DNA from: a virus
Lineage: Duplodnaviria > Caudoviricetes
IMG/VR virus record: IMGVR_UViG_3300003891_000003
Span: 1-35,062 of that record
Direction: 5' to 3' (one strand)
DNA: 35,062 nt
The notes beneath the pieces are model-generated. The model ran no database searches, was not told the origin of the DNA, and was given only the letters and a program-made list of their open reading frames with translations. This document shows positions 8,525-18,579 of the stretch, in pieces. Numbering within the stretch: position 1 is the first letter of the stretch; each line of letters starts with the position of its first letter. A program made the position numbers and the translations under genes.

Positions 8525-9052
8525 ATGAAGGGCTTGGTGCCGCAACCTGCAGGGTGGTATGACAACTCTGATGTAGTTAATGCGGTTTCTCTGGGGAACC
8601 CCTTGCCGGTGCAGATTCCAGCAGGGCAAGGGGTATCCCTGCGTCCTCCTTTGGAAGGCAAGCAAGCGTACAGTGGCACGGTCCCGTATAACTCGTCAGC
8701 AACCTTGCATGGTGGAGCTGCTGGAAGTCCAACACTGCAATCTGCTGTAGGCTACCGGCGAGTCTACGTCTACCTCCAGCACCGTATGCAGTCCGGTGCA
8801 CAAACGGGAAACCTCCTACGTGTGCGGCGACGGGCGACGAAGCCGGATGGAACACCATGGACAACGTGGACGGACTACGTAGACTTCACTTTTGATAGCA
8901 CCACAACTGATGCTACCAGGTGGTTTGTGATTGCATCTACAGAGGATGCAGCGAATCCTCCGGCGGACGAATATGAGCTGACCCTTCAGAATGCCAGCAC
9001 CACCTCTGGTAATGGCTTGGTCTGGCAGGCAGTGGTGGTGGCATTGCCATAA
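8525..9052 (+). CDS. Hypothetical beta-rich protein
   Basis: 175 aa ORF filling the gap in the structural operon. Confidence 0.65.
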   Translation: MKGLVPQPAGWYDNSDVVNAVSLGNPLPVQIPAGQGVSLRPPLEGKQAYSGTVPYNSSATLHGGAAGSPTLQSAVGYRRVYVYLQHRMQSGAQTGNLLRVRRRATKPDGTPWTTWTDYVDFTFDSTTTDATRWFVIASTEDAANPPADEYELTLQNASTTSGNGLVWQAVVVALP

Positions 9053-9069
9053 GAAAAGGAGGCTAGCTT

Positions 9070-9282
9070 ATGGCTACCAAGAAGAAGAAGGTGGTATACC
9101 GTGTGTCGGCGCAGGCACGTTCAAACTTTCCCGGCTTCTGGCGCAGTGGAATCTTCTTCCCGAACACTCCGGCGTATGTGGAATTGTCAGAGCAGGAAAT
9201 AACGGAGGCGATTTTGAATGAGCCGATGCTGATAGTTCAGAAGCTGGAGGTGGGGGATGGCATACCCGCCGACGGTGAGTGA
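9070..9282 (+). CDS. Mu-like small head-associated protein (HI1506/gp35-like)
   Basis: AGGAGG RBS; GFWRSG..F and EPMLIV motifs. Confidence 0.7.
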   Translation: MATKKKKVVYRVSAQARSNFPGFWRSGIFFPNTPAYVELSEQEITEAILNEPMLIVQKLEVGDGIPADGE

Positions 9283-9652
9283 GCTGCGCCAAGAACTTGC
9301 ACCGTATCCGCTCCACGGCAGTCTCACAGATGCCGAACTGCAGGCTGCGATTGAAGATGCCATAAGTGAGTTGCATACAGCAGTACCGGTGTTTGCTCAG
9401 GCGAACGGGTCAAGCTTTGAACTGCAGGCAAAGCGATTGTGTCTGGCACTGGCACGTTGGCATGTGCGTATGGCACGGGAGCGGACACCGGACGGGGAGT
9501 TACCGCCTGGCTTGCTGGCGGAGAGGCGAACGATTGAGCAGCGTATCCAGCAGGCGCAGGTCAGCTTCGCGCTGCGTCCAGTGGTAGAACCGTTAGTGTC
9601 GTTGCCATCCGTGCCATTGCCAAGCCCTTCAAACTGGGAGGATGCTGAGTGA
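9257..9652 (+). CDS. Head-tail adaptor (Mu gp36/DUF1320-like)
   Basis: MAY start, AIEDAISE, KRLCLALARW; syntenic position. Confidence 0.65.
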   Translation: MAYPPTVSELRQELAPYPLHGSLTDAELQAAIEDAISELHTAVPVFAQANGSSFELQAKRLCLALARWHVRMARERTPDGELPPGLLAERRTIEQRIQQAQVSFALRPVVEPLVSLPSVPLPSPSNWEDAE

Positions 9653-10307
9653 GATGATGTCCGTCCAGTTTGACCTGCAAGTACCACGAGCATTTCCGAC
9701 GATAGAACCGGAACAGCTTCAAGCTGGACTACGCATGGCAGCTGCAGCTGCCATGCGAGACTGTGTGCGGAACTTTGAGAGGCAGGGCTATGAAGAGCCA
9801 CCGGGGGTATTTCACCGATGGCCACCGCTGTCTCCGACCACTCTGAAGATTGCCGAAGGGCAAGCAATGCAGAAGGTGGGCGGACGAAAAGGGAAAGCCC
9901 GTATACGGAAACAGCAGACACCTTACGGTGCACTCCCTATTGCATACGGTGAAGGGGGGGAACAGAAGACAGCACGGGTACGGCGTTTTGCAGGTGCAGT
10001 GATTCTGGTGGACACAGGCAGACTACGGGCTAGTTTGCTGAGTGGCCCGAACCATATAGAGCGGTCAGGTAGGGCAGAGATTGAGGTAGGCACGAACGTA
10101 GAGTATGCTGTCTACCATGAGCGTGGTGCAAAAATAAGAGTGACGAAGAAGATGAAGTATTTCCTTGGATTGAGCTATGGTGTATGGTTGCGGGAAGGGA
10201 CAGAGCTGGCTGTTCCACCGCGCCCGTTCTTGCGGGTAAGCAGGCAGGGATTAGACCAGATGAAGCAGGCGATAGTGTCCGCTATCACCGCTCGCACGTT
10301 GAGGTGA
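9642..10307 (+). CDS. Virion morphogenesis/tail completion protein (Mu gpG-like)
   Basis: WPPLSPTT, LVDTGRLRASL, VGTNVEYAVYH, PPRPFL. Confidence 0.85.
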   Translation: MLSEMMSVQFDLQVPRAFPTIEPEQLQAGLRMAAAAAMRDCVRNFERQGYEEPPGVFHRWPPLSPTTLKIAEGQAMQKVGGRKGKARIRKQQTPYGALPIAYGEGGEQKTARVRRFAGAVILVDTGRLRASLLSGPNHIERSGRAEIEVGTNVEYAVYHERGAKIRVTKKMKYFLGLSYGVWLREGTELAVPPRPFLRVSRQGLDQMKQAIVSAITARTLR

Positions 10308-10316
10308 GGTGCAGAC

Positions 10317-10739
10317 ATGGACTTCCCAGCACTCTATGCAGATATTCTACAGGCAGCGCAAGCCGAACTGGGTAGTGGATTGGTGGAGGTTCTGCCTGCC
10401 GACCCGGCACAAATGCCAGTGACACTGAAACCTTGCTTATTCTTGCAGATTGTAGGGTATGCCAATAATCGCACGGGAGAGCCGTTGGGTGATTCACCGG
10501 ATGCACCGGGGGATTACCGTGTAGACATCCGTTTCACGGCAACCGCTCCGAAATCGCCAGACTACCTGCAGGCTTATCGGTGGTTGAATGAATGCTATGA
10601 CTGGTCTCAGCGTCAGCACTTGCGCAGAAGACAGACCTACTATGCCACCATCATCACAGGCATGAGCATACGAGATGAAGGTGAGATTGTGGTAGGTGAC
10701 TGGACAATCCAGTACCGGGCGAGGGCATTGCGAGGATGA
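10317..10739 (+). CDS. Putative tail terminator protein
   Basis: GAGGTG RBS; size and position before the tail tube gene. Confidence 0.55.
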   Translation: MDFPALYADILQAAQAELGSGLVEVLPADPAQMPVTLKPCLFLQIVGYANNRTGEPLGDSPDAPGDYRVDIRFTATAPKSPDYLQAYRWLNECYDWSQRQHLRRRQTYYATIITGMSIRDEGEIVVGDWTIQYRARALRG

Positions 10740-10933
10740 GAGTGCGCAACCCATTTCCTTTCCCTATCTGGCATCCGGCAGTGGGCAGACTGGAACCGGA
10801 AGAAGAGAAGGATGTAGCAGTGAACCCGGACGAAGTGCCTGAGGAGATGAGAATCGATGCCGACCTACCATTACCCGCTGGAAGGGATACGGCAGAGTCA
10901 CTTCCAGCTGTACGACGACGCAAGCGGGCTTAA
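10736..10933 (+). CDS. Small hypothetical protein
   Basis: ATGA overlap with the upstream stop; 65 aa with basic tail; overlaps the next ORF by 77 bp. Confidence 0.5.
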   Translation: MRVRNPFPFPIWHPAVGRLEPEEEKDVAVNPDEVPEEMRIDADLPLPAGRDTAESLPAVRRRKRA

Positions 10934-12548
10934 TAATGCACCTCCACTGGCGGACATTGACCAGTGGGTCGCCATGCCCCTCAACCGCAACTTCCGCGTC
11001 CGCATCCAGATAACGAACGATGGCTACAGCGCAACGCGGTATCTGCTGGAATACCGCGTGAATTCCGGCACATGGCGGGCAGTGGATAGCACCGAGCCGG
11101 TGCGCATCGTGGACAGTTCGGTGTTCACGGACGGTGCGGCGACAACATCGCGCATCGGCTACGCGGGTCGCACGTTCGTGAGCGGTGAAGGCATTGATAC
11201 TACTCGCAACAGCGCAGACATCAGTGTCAGTCAGTACACCGAGATTGAATGGAATCTGCGGCTTTTCAGTGGCAATAATGGTGATGTCTACGAGTTTCGG
11301 GTAGTAGCGATGTTTACTACTTGGAACGGGGGGCAGAACTACACAGCATATCCCCTGTTCCAGTATGATGTCTTCGCAGCAGTTGTGGTATCATCTACTC
11401 TGGAGGAGGGAGAACACGCTATGATGTACGAAGCTTATACTGAGGTCGGTGTCGGCATTGAGGCACCTACCAATTTCGGAAAGTGGGTTCCGGCGTCAGT
11501 TCGGGTGAACGCTACCACCCGGATGCCTATCATGCAACCCTCACGAGTGCCTATTGGGGGCTTTCGGGACGTGGAAGCTCCAGTAGACTATGTAATGGGT
11601 CCCATGCCTCCTCAGCCGTTCTCACTGACAGTAGAAGCTCTGCCCGACCAGTTGGGGAAATTCCTGTCGTCACTGTTCGGCACACCGAATACCACTGGTG
11701 CCAACCCTTACACTCATGAATTCACTGCCAGTGGTTCACCGCTCTCCCCTACCACTCTCACCATTTGGCAGAAAGAGCACTACCAGAGCGATGAGACAGG
11801 GAACCCACCCTTGTATAGGGGATACGGCGGATGCCTGTTCAGTGAGCTAACCATTGACGTAGACGCTCGGACACAGGGGCCGTTGCTGGTGACACTCGGT
11901 GGGCTTGCGGCGACCCATATCCTGCACAACAGTCAATCAGCAACGGGAATGAATAGCGCATTCAGTGCATCTTTGCCGTTCTCCACGACACGGGCGCAGC
12001 TAACAGTGCGGGACAGCAGCGGTAGTACACCGGCTTGGACGGCTGAGATTGAGCAGCTTCGGATGCGGTTGCTCCGGGGCGGTGTCGCACCACGCACAGG
12101 CTTTCGCAACAAGGCAATTGCCAGGGGTTATGCTATGCACCAGCGCGTGCATCTTGTGGAACTATCCATAGTCGCCTACCGTATCGGTATGCGCCCTGTC
12201 AAATTGGTATTGGGTCAATCTGAAGGTGCTAGTTTCCCACTCTTGCCGCAGCCCACTGTGCAGCGATATAGTCCGAGCAGTGGGCACGCACTAACGATTG
12301 AGTTCACTAGCTTGCAAAACTCACAGCACAAGCTAGTCATCGCTACAGCAAGCTTCGCATGGATTGAGCATTCCGCCGAAAGTGGTGGCGCAGACCCCAT
12401 GATGGACACATTCACACTTGTGCCTTTGGCAACCAGTGGTGGAACCACACTATCAGCAGTGACACTAGTGAATGCAAACAGTTCTGAACCTGGTGCAGCA
12501 GGCACACCACTAACTATTAGTGACACCGGCATCTACTCACCATACTAA
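10857..12548 (+). CDS. Major tail tube protein with N-terminal extension; probable second start at 11421
   Basis: C-terminal ~375 aa begins MMYEAYTEVGVGIE..FG and contains YTHEFT and YGGCLFSELTI. Strong internal RBS GGAGGAGG at 11402-11409. Confidence 0.7.
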   Translation: MPTYHYPLEGIRQSHFQLYDDASGLNNAPPLADIDQWVAMPLNRNFRVRIQITNDGYSATRYLLEYRVNSGTWRAVDSTEPVRIVDSSVFTDGAATTSRIGYAGRTFVSGEGIDTTRNSADISVSQYTEIEWNLRLFSGNNGDVYEFRVVAMFTTWNGGQNYTAYPLFQYDVFAAVVVSSTLEEGEHAMMYEAYTEVGVGIEAPTNFGKWVPASVRVNATTRMPIMQPSRVPIGGFRDVEAPVDYVMGPMPPQPFSLTVEALPDQLGKFLSSLFGTPNTTGANPYTHEFTASGSPLSPTTLTIWQKEHYQSDETGNPPLYRGYGGCLFSELTIDVDARTQGPLLVTLGGLAATHILHNSQSATGMNSAFSASLPFSTTRAQLTVRDSSGSTPAWTAEIEQLRMRLLRGGVAPRTGFRNKAIARGYAMHQRVHLVELSIVAYRIGMRPVKLVLGQSEGASFPLLPQPTVQRYSPSSGHALTIEFTSLQNSQHKLVIATASFAWIEHSAESGGADPMMDTFTLVPLATSGGTTLSAVTLVNANSSEPGAAGTPLTISDTGIYSPY

Positions 12549-12562
12549 TCAGGAGGGATTGC

Positions 12563-12937
12563 ATGGCAAAGCGCACACCGATGGATTTAGACAGCGTTAC
12601 AGCAACGGGTACACCGATTGGCAATTTGCTGTTTCGGCCTCTGCCCATACGCGCAGCAAATGAGCTAACGAAGCTCATTCAGGAACACCTGAAAGAGGCA
12701 GCCAATGTCATCTTGCTTACACCTCATGCCTTTGTAAAGGTGTTTCCGCAAACCGGTGAATCCGACATGGACGTTGCGACTGCAGCTGAGTTTCGGCGTG
12801 GTTACGCCCGTGAACACGCAGACGTTCTCACTCAGTTTGTCGCGCAGTATTCTGGTCATCCAGTAGAGGCAGTGGAGCAGCTGACAACATCAGAACTGTT
12901 GCAAGCTCTGGATATCATGCTCGAGAACCCTTTTTAG
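12563..12937 (+). CDS. Tail assembly chaperone (gpG-like)
   Basis: AGGAGG RBS; between tail tube and tape measure; ends ENPF* on a slippery sequence. Confidence 0.8.
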   Translation: MAKRTPMDLDSVTATGTPIGNLLFRPLPIRAANELTKLIQEHLKEAANVILLTPHAFVKVFPQTGESDMDVATAAEFRRGYAREHADVLTQFVAQYSGHPVEAVEQLTTSELLQALDIMLENPF

Positions 12938-13104
12938 CGAAGCTGGGCGAGGGAGCAAGGAGTTATGACCCGATGGACTGGGGCAAAGTATATGCACACG
13001 TGCGAGCAGTATACCATTTAGATGTCGCCGACCTCACCTATGCCCAGCTGCTGGCACTGTTAGAAAACCTGCCGGAGACAGTGGATTTGATACGAGGTTT
13101 GTAG
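12928..13104 (+). other. Programmed -1 frameshift site C CCT TTT and gpGT-like extension
   Basis: The -1 frame is open (..PFLAKLGEGARSYDPMDWGKV...DLIRGL*) to TAG 13102-13104, just before the tape measure ATG. Confidence 0.8.
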
Positions 13105-13107
13105 GCG

Positions 13108-15663
13108 ATGCCACTCATCTCAGAAGAAGTGCTGTTGCGGGTTCGTGCTGCGTGGCAGGGTGAAGAGGTGCAGCGCGGATTAAGTCGTCTGCAGACCCAG
13201 CTTGCTGGCATGGGCAGGACAGTACAGCAAGCTTTCAACCTGTTGCTGCCCACTTCCACACTCGGGTTAGTAGCCGGACTGACTATGGCAACCCGTCAGG
13301 CTGTGCAGCTCAGTGCCCAGTTCGAAAAGATGCGCACAGGCATTGCCGCCATCCTCGGCTCCTATGCGGATGTGGTAGATGCACAGGGGCGTGTGCTGAA
13401 GGGTGCAGAACGGTTCAACGAGCTGCTTCGCATCTCGCAAGGGTTGATGACCGAAATCCGCAAGGAAGCTGACCGCACCATACTGGAGACCCGGGAGCTG
13501 ATGGAGTATGTGCAGACAGGGCTCGGTTTCGGTTTGGCGCGGGGACTGACACCTCAGCAGATTGTGCCACTCATCTCCCGCATCGCTGTTGCCGGGCGTG
13601 TGATGGGTCTTCCTCAGGGCTATCCGATAATCAGTGAAATCCGTGCCCTTCTAACCGGTGAGAACCTGCGAATGAGTCAAATCGCGCAGGCTGTTGGCAT
13701 TCGCCAGCAAGATTATGCCCGGTTGCGGGGTGAGGAATTCATTCGGTATATGGAGGAACGGCTTGCCGGGTTTGTTGCGGCATCTGACACCTTCGCCCAG
13801 AGCTTTGAGGCACGTTGGAGTACATTCATCAGCAAGATTCAGGAGATTCTGATAGAGGTCGGGGACGCCATATTGCCAGTGCTATCAGAGTTCGCCCAAC
13901 GCGCTACAGTGGCTATTGAGCAATGGCGCAAGAGTGGAGGGGTGCAGCAGCTACAGAACATCATGCGCTCTGTGATTCAGTTTGTGGTGAACGCCGGCAG
14001 CTGGATGCTCAGTCTCGTGAACTGGCTGAATCAGAATAAGGAGATAGCGTCTCTGCTAGGCTTTGCTGGTGCAGGTGCCGCTATCGGCGGAAGAATTGGT
14101 GGATTAAAGGGTGCAGGAATTGGGGGTCTACTCGGTGCAGCAGGGTGGTTTGGGCGTGAACTCTGGGGAGCGATAGAGTACCAGTATGCCGAGGACCAAT
14201 TCATGCGCGACTGGCGGGAACGCATAACTGCCATAGGCGGGAAGGCGACAGGTATCTCAGCCTTTGACCCCCGTCGTCATCGTGTAGCCCCTGCACCATC
14301 ACTACCGCCAGCACCCAGCTTGCGTGTACGACCCATACCAGCGACGGTAGACACTGCAGCTGAGCGTCGCAGGCAAACACAAGAGCGTCGTGCCCGCATA
14401 GAGATGGCGGATTTAGCAGTAGCACAGGCAGAACAAGCACTGCGCCAAGCCATGCGGGAGGCGGCAGAATGGGGCTATGCTCCGGAGATGGTTGCAAAAG
14501 CCAAGCAAGCTCTGGAGCGTTGGGCGAATGCACAGCTGGAGAGAGCTAAGGCATCAGTTCACGGTGAAGATGCCCGGCTTGCTACCGCTATCATGGGGCA
14601 GACGCAGATAGAGATTGCAGAACGTAGACGACAAGTCTTAGAACAGTTAGAGGAGGGACGCCGACGGTCACTGGATGAGAGCCGACGAGAAGCCGTACGG
14701 GCATTAGAAGCCCGTTGGGCAGTGCAGGCTCGGATAGAGGAAATCCGCAAGGAGCAAGTCCGTGACCAGACACGCCGGTTTGTGGAAGCGGTCGGCTACG
14801 CGGCACGGACGACTGTTGAGCGAGTTTCACGCTTTGCAGAAGCCATGCAGGTCATCTCGCGGTTGGAGCAGCAGCGGCGAGTTCAGGCAGAACGATTGCT
14901 GGGTCGGTTATCAGTAGAAGGTGCTCCGTGGCAAGTGTTTGGGATGCCTGCGGTAGCTGCAGGTGTGATTCGTCCGGCAATACGCATGATGCCAATGGGG
15001 GAAATGCTGGTGGCAGCTTCCGATACGATGGCAAGGGCAATAGAAGACTGGCGCGAACGGCAGCAAAGGTTCTGGAGCAGTATGCGCGACTTCATTGTGG
15101 ATAGTTTGCATGATGCCTTTGTCACCGCTGGAATGCGGTTGGCCGATAGCCTCAAGAGCTGGCGTGAGGCATTCAGCAACCTGTTCCGGACACTGAAGGA
15201 CATGCTGATTCGGGCAATATTGGAGGTGGTCTATGACCGGGTGATACGTGCAGCTGTTGAGGCATTCGCAGACTGGCTCACTCAGCGGTTAGGTGGAGGA
15301 GGGCGCGGAAACACAGGTGCAGCTATTGGTTCTACCTTAGGTGCTGCTATCGGTTCTGCTGCAGGCCCTGTAGGGGCGGCTATCGGCGGAATAATCGGGG
15401 GACTAATCGGGGGAAGTTTTCAGCATGGCGGGACAGCAGTACCGCGACGAATGTATATTGTCGGTGAACGAGGGCCTGAGCTTTTTGTCCCCGGCACGGT
15501 CGGTGCAGTGTTGTCATCAAAGGCTCTGGAGAACGCTCTCAACAGGCTCGGCGAACGGCGGTCTGCAGCTTCTGTGAACGTATACGTGAATCACACGACC
15601 GAGGCAGACCTTGCCCGACGTATCGGTCGCGAAGTAGTCCGAAGCCTCAGGGGGGCATGGTAG
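13108..15663 (+). CDS. Tape measure protein
   Basis: 851 aa, helical A/R/E/Q-rich with Gly-rich hydrophobic segments; C-terminal FQHGG...YIVGERGPELFVP. Confidence 0.92.
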   Translation: MPLISEEVLLRVRAAWQGEEVQRGLSRLQTQLAGMGRTVQQAFNLLLPTSTLGLVAGLTMATRQAVQLSAQFEKMRTGIAAILGSYADVVDAQGRVLKGAERFNELLRISQGLMTEIRKEADRTILETRELMEYVQTGLGFGLARGLTPQQIVPLISRIAVAGRVMGLPQGYPIISEIRALLTGENLRMSQIAQAVGIRQQDYARLRGEEFIRYMEERLAGFVAASDTFAQSFEARWSTFISKIQEILIEVGDAILPVLSEFAQRATVAIEQWRKSGGVQQLQNIMRSVIQFVVNAGSWMLSLVNWLNQNKEIASLLGFAGAGAAIGGRIGGLKGAGIGGLLGAAGWFGRELWGAIEYQYAEDQFMRDWRERITAIGGKATGISAFDPRRHRVAPAPSLPPAPSLRVRPIPATVDTAAERRRQTQERRARIEMADLAVAQAEQALRQAMREAAEWGYAPEMVAKAKQALERWANAQLERAKASVHGEDARLATAIMGQTQIEIAERRRQVLEQLEEGRRRSLDESRREAVRALEARWAVQARIEEIRKEQVRDQTRRFVEAVGYAARTTVERVSRFAEAMQVISRLEQQRRVQAERLLGRLSVEGAPWQVFGMPAVAAGVIRPAIRMMPMGEMLVAASDTMARAIEDWRERQQRFWSSMRDFIVDSLHDAFVTAGMRLADSLKSWREAFSNLFRTLKDMLIRAILEVVYDRVIRAAVEAFADWLTQRLGGGGRGNTGAAIGSTLGAAIGSAAGPVGAAIGGIIGGLIGGSFQHGGTAVPRRMYIVGERGPELFVPGTVGAVLSSKALENALNRLGERRSAASVNVYVNHTTEADLARRIGREVVRSLRGAW

Positions 15664-15667
15664 TGCG

Positions 15668-16432
15668 ATGTTTTTCAAGTTCGTACCTGTAAGCGGAAGC
15701 GAGATTGACCTCAGTGACTATGTCGATGTCGTGCCGACGCTGACGTTCCGGCGGATTGACGCAAGCACTGGCGGTGGAATCTTCCAACCGTCAGTATTGG
15801 TGGGCGACTCGTTCACCGAGGCGTTCGAGGTGACCGCAGAAGGAACACTGTTCGCTCCGGATTACAGCAGCTTACGGACACTGATTGCCAATATCTTGCG
15901 GGGTCGCCGCGGCTACCTGATGACCGAGAATGATAGGCGTGTCCCAGCGAGCCTCATTGAGTGTCGGGTCACCGACTGGCAGCACGGATTATCCCTCGCG
16001 AGGCTGCAGCTGCAATTCCTGTGCGCAGGATATGCTGAATCGGTGAGCGAGAGCTACGCCACAGCCATCAGTGGGGGATGGAGCGTCAACAATACAGGAG
16101 ACCTGCCTGCCCCTGTATACATCACGGCGGAGTTTGCGAATACCCAAAGCTCCCAGAAAGTGCTGTTCTTGGGGGGAGTCGCCCCGAATGGGCGGATTCC
16201 GCGAAGCCTTGAATTTCAGGCGAATGTCTCGGTAGGAGATGTGGTGGATATCGATGCAGGAGTGTACGGCATCTACGTTCGCTTGAACAGCTTCGATTGC
16301 CCTCAGTGCATCCGGGCAGGATACCCGTTCTATGCTAAGCCCGGCACCAGCACCATCTCATACTCTTTCGTCCCTGCGAACAGCTTCTTAAGCGCTACAC
16401 TTGCCTTCCGACGCAGGTGGCTGATGCTATGA
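15668..16432 (+). CDS. Distal tail (Dit-like) protein
   Basis: Follows tape measure; VNNTGDLPAP motif; ends RRRWL. Confidence 0.7.
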   Translation: MFFKFVPVSGSEIDLSDYVDVVPTLTFRRIDASTGGGIFQPSVLVGDSFTEAFEVTAEGTLFAPDYSSLRTLIANILRGRRGYLMTENDRRVPASLIECRVTDWQHGLSLARLQLQFLCAGYAESVSESYATAISGGWSVNNTGDLPAPVYITAEFANTQSSQKVLFLGGVAPNGRIPRSLEFQANVSVGDVVDIDAGVYGIYVRLNSFDCPQCIRAGYPFYAKPGTSTISYSFVPANSFLSATLAFRRRWLML

Positions 16433-18579
16433 GCGTGGGGATAGACTATATTCTCCGTCGCCCATATTCGGGCAGCTGGGCAACCCTGATTCAAGAGATG
16501 ACGGGGAGCCTGGAGATAGAGTATGACCGGATGTCTGCCGACCGCATCCGACTGTCATTCCCTATTGCCGACGCTCCAGAGCTTGACCTGTATCCGCTTT
16601 CGGAGATTACCCTGTATGTGGCAACGGAGCAAGGTCAGCGTCTCCCGTTCGCACGCGGGTGGCTCACGCGACGACTGTTGACACCGACCCTAGCAGTGTA
16701 CGAATTCACAGGAGCTCGGGGATTGCTGAATCTGGTCACTGTTCAAGGGATATTCACTCCGGGGCAAACAGTAAGGGATGCACTGGTCACCATCATCACG
16801 CGGGCGCAGCAAGTCCTTGCTAGCACCACCAATGGAGCCAATATCAGCGACTGGGTAGTCGGTTCCGGCATCGATGCGAGTGCACCATTCGTCGCACTGC
16901 TATCGCCTGTGTCCGCAGCCGATGCTATAGCGCAGTTAGAGCGAACGTTCGGGGACTGGCTCACTGTGACGTTCGGGTTCTCACCGGTACCGAACAGTCC
17001 GTTCACGGTGACCGCACAGTCACCGCCGGCAGAAGTGCTACTGCTGGATACTCAGCCAGTTGAAATCGATGAGCGGTATGAGAATCTGTTCAACCGGGTT
17101 GCCTACCTGATGGAATCCCCTTCCAACCGGAACGCAATCCCGAATCCAGACTTCAGCGCACCTGCTATGGTGGTGGCAGGGGAAGCCGGCACGAACCTGG
17201 TGCCGAACCCGTCGTTTGAAACCTATCTCGCAGACTGGCAGACACCGTCGCCCCCCATCTACTGGGAGTGGGACTGGAACTACGGGTATACCGGCACCGG
17301 AAACTTCAAATTCCACGACTGCCACGAGTATAGCTCCAGTGGTTGGCTGACGTCGGGGTTCTTCCCTGTATCTTCTGGGGTGGACTACGCCGGCGGGTTC
17401 GCACTAGGCTGTGACCCGTTGCTTGCACTGGAATGCGGTGGCCCGAGCACGGTGAAGGTGCGTGTGCAAGTGCTTGGATTCAATGCGAGCAACACCCAGA
17501 CCGAGACCGCTTATGACCAGGAAATCACTAATATCTTCCACTCTGCCTTCCACTGGCACTGGATACCGATTCCCCCCTTTCGGTTCACCGATGCCAATAC
17601 AGTGAAAGCGAAGATTCGCTTCAACACTTTCCACGGCAAGCGTCTCTATCTCGATGAGGTTCAGGTATACCGCGCCGACCGGGTCTACCAGCGAGATTGG
17701 CGGCTTCAGCCCGATTCCGGCTCCCCACCGCTGCAACCGGGGACGAACTACGATATTGACTGGCTACGACCACTCGGAATCAGCGAAGGAAAGCATGTCG
17801 TAGTGTCACTTAGCCTGCCGTCATCTCGGTCGGTAGAGCTGCAGTCAACTCCGAGTCCCCTGCTTCCGGACACACCGACATACGTCCTCACTCTGTTCTC
17901 TGATGGGCTTGTCCCGGCAGTGTCGCTAGACTGGTACAACGAGCAGGGGAACAGCATCTCTTCGGGCACCGTCACACTCACCGTACAGGACACCATTGTC
18001 GAAGACGGCATCACCTGGACACGCCGTACGTCGGCAGTGCTCAGCAGACCTGCTGGAGCCTACTCCGTCCGTGTCCGGCTGACCTGGACAGGGGTCAGTG
18101 GTCAGGCTCGTGTTCGTTCCGTTCTCCTTGCTCCTGCCAGTGAGCGTCGCCCATACCGGTATGGGTATGCCGTCACACCGGAATACCAGTCTGGACAGCT
18201 GTCCTACGGGAGCAACGTTGACCCGGAGATTCGCAGTGAAGCTGCTGATTCTGAGACCATCTACGGTGTGCTTCCAACGCTCCGTGTCCGGGATACAGTG
18301 ATTGATTCACGCTCGGCAGAAATCCAGGCATCAGCCGACTTCCTTCGGTTCGCCGTAGCCGAGCGACGGATTGAAGTGAAGGGGATACTCGATGACTACC
18401 GGCTGTTGTATCCACATCTATTCCGCCTGCGAGTGCCTTCGGTGATTCCCCGTTCACTGCTGCTGCTCTCTCTTCGGATTCACCCTACCGGAGAGTGGCA
18501 CGCGACGCTTGGCACACCGCAGGCGGATTTGCGCGAACTGCTACAGTATCTGACCCAACAATACCAGCAGCGCAGCTAG
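16429..18579 (+). CDS. Tail tip/hub protein with inserted carbohydrate-binding-like domains
   Basis: ATGA overlap start; follows Dit; NAIPNPDF and NLVPNPSFE CBM-like starts; LYLDEVQV. Confidence 0.72.
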   Translation: MSVGIDYILRRPYSGSWATLIQEMTGSLEIEYDRMSADRIRLSFPIADAPELDLYPLSEITLYVATEQGQRLPFARGWLTRRLLTPTLAVYEFTGARGLLNLVTVQGIFTPGQTVRDALVTIITRAQQVLASTTNGANISDWVVGSGIDASAPFVALLSPVSAADAIAQLERTFGDWLTVTFGFSPVPNSPFTVTAQSPPAEVLLLDTQPVEIDERYENLFNRVAYLMESPSNRNAIPNPDFSAPAMVVAGEAGTNLVPNPSFETYLADWQTPSPPIYWEWDWNYGYTGTGNFKFHDCHEYSSSGWLTSGFFPVSSGVDYAGGFALGCDPLLALECGGPSTVKVRVQVLGFNASNTQTETAYDQEITNIFHSAFHWHWIPIPPFRFTDANTVKAKIRFNTFHGKRLYLDEVQVYRADRVYQRDWRLQPDSGSPPLQPGTNYDIDWLRPLGISEGKHVVVSLSLPSSRSVELQSTPSPLLPDTPTYVLTLFSDGLVPAVSLDWYNEQGNSISSGTVTLTVQDTIVEDGITWTRRTSAVLSRPAGAYSVRVRLTWTGVSGQARVRSVLLAPASERRPYRYGYAVTPEYQSGQLSYGSNVDPEIRSEAADSETIYGVLPTLRVRDTVIDSRSAEIQASADFLRFAVAERRIEVKGILDDYRLLYPHLFRLRVPSVIPRSLLLLSLRIHPTGEWHATLGTPQADLRELLQYLTQQYQQRS

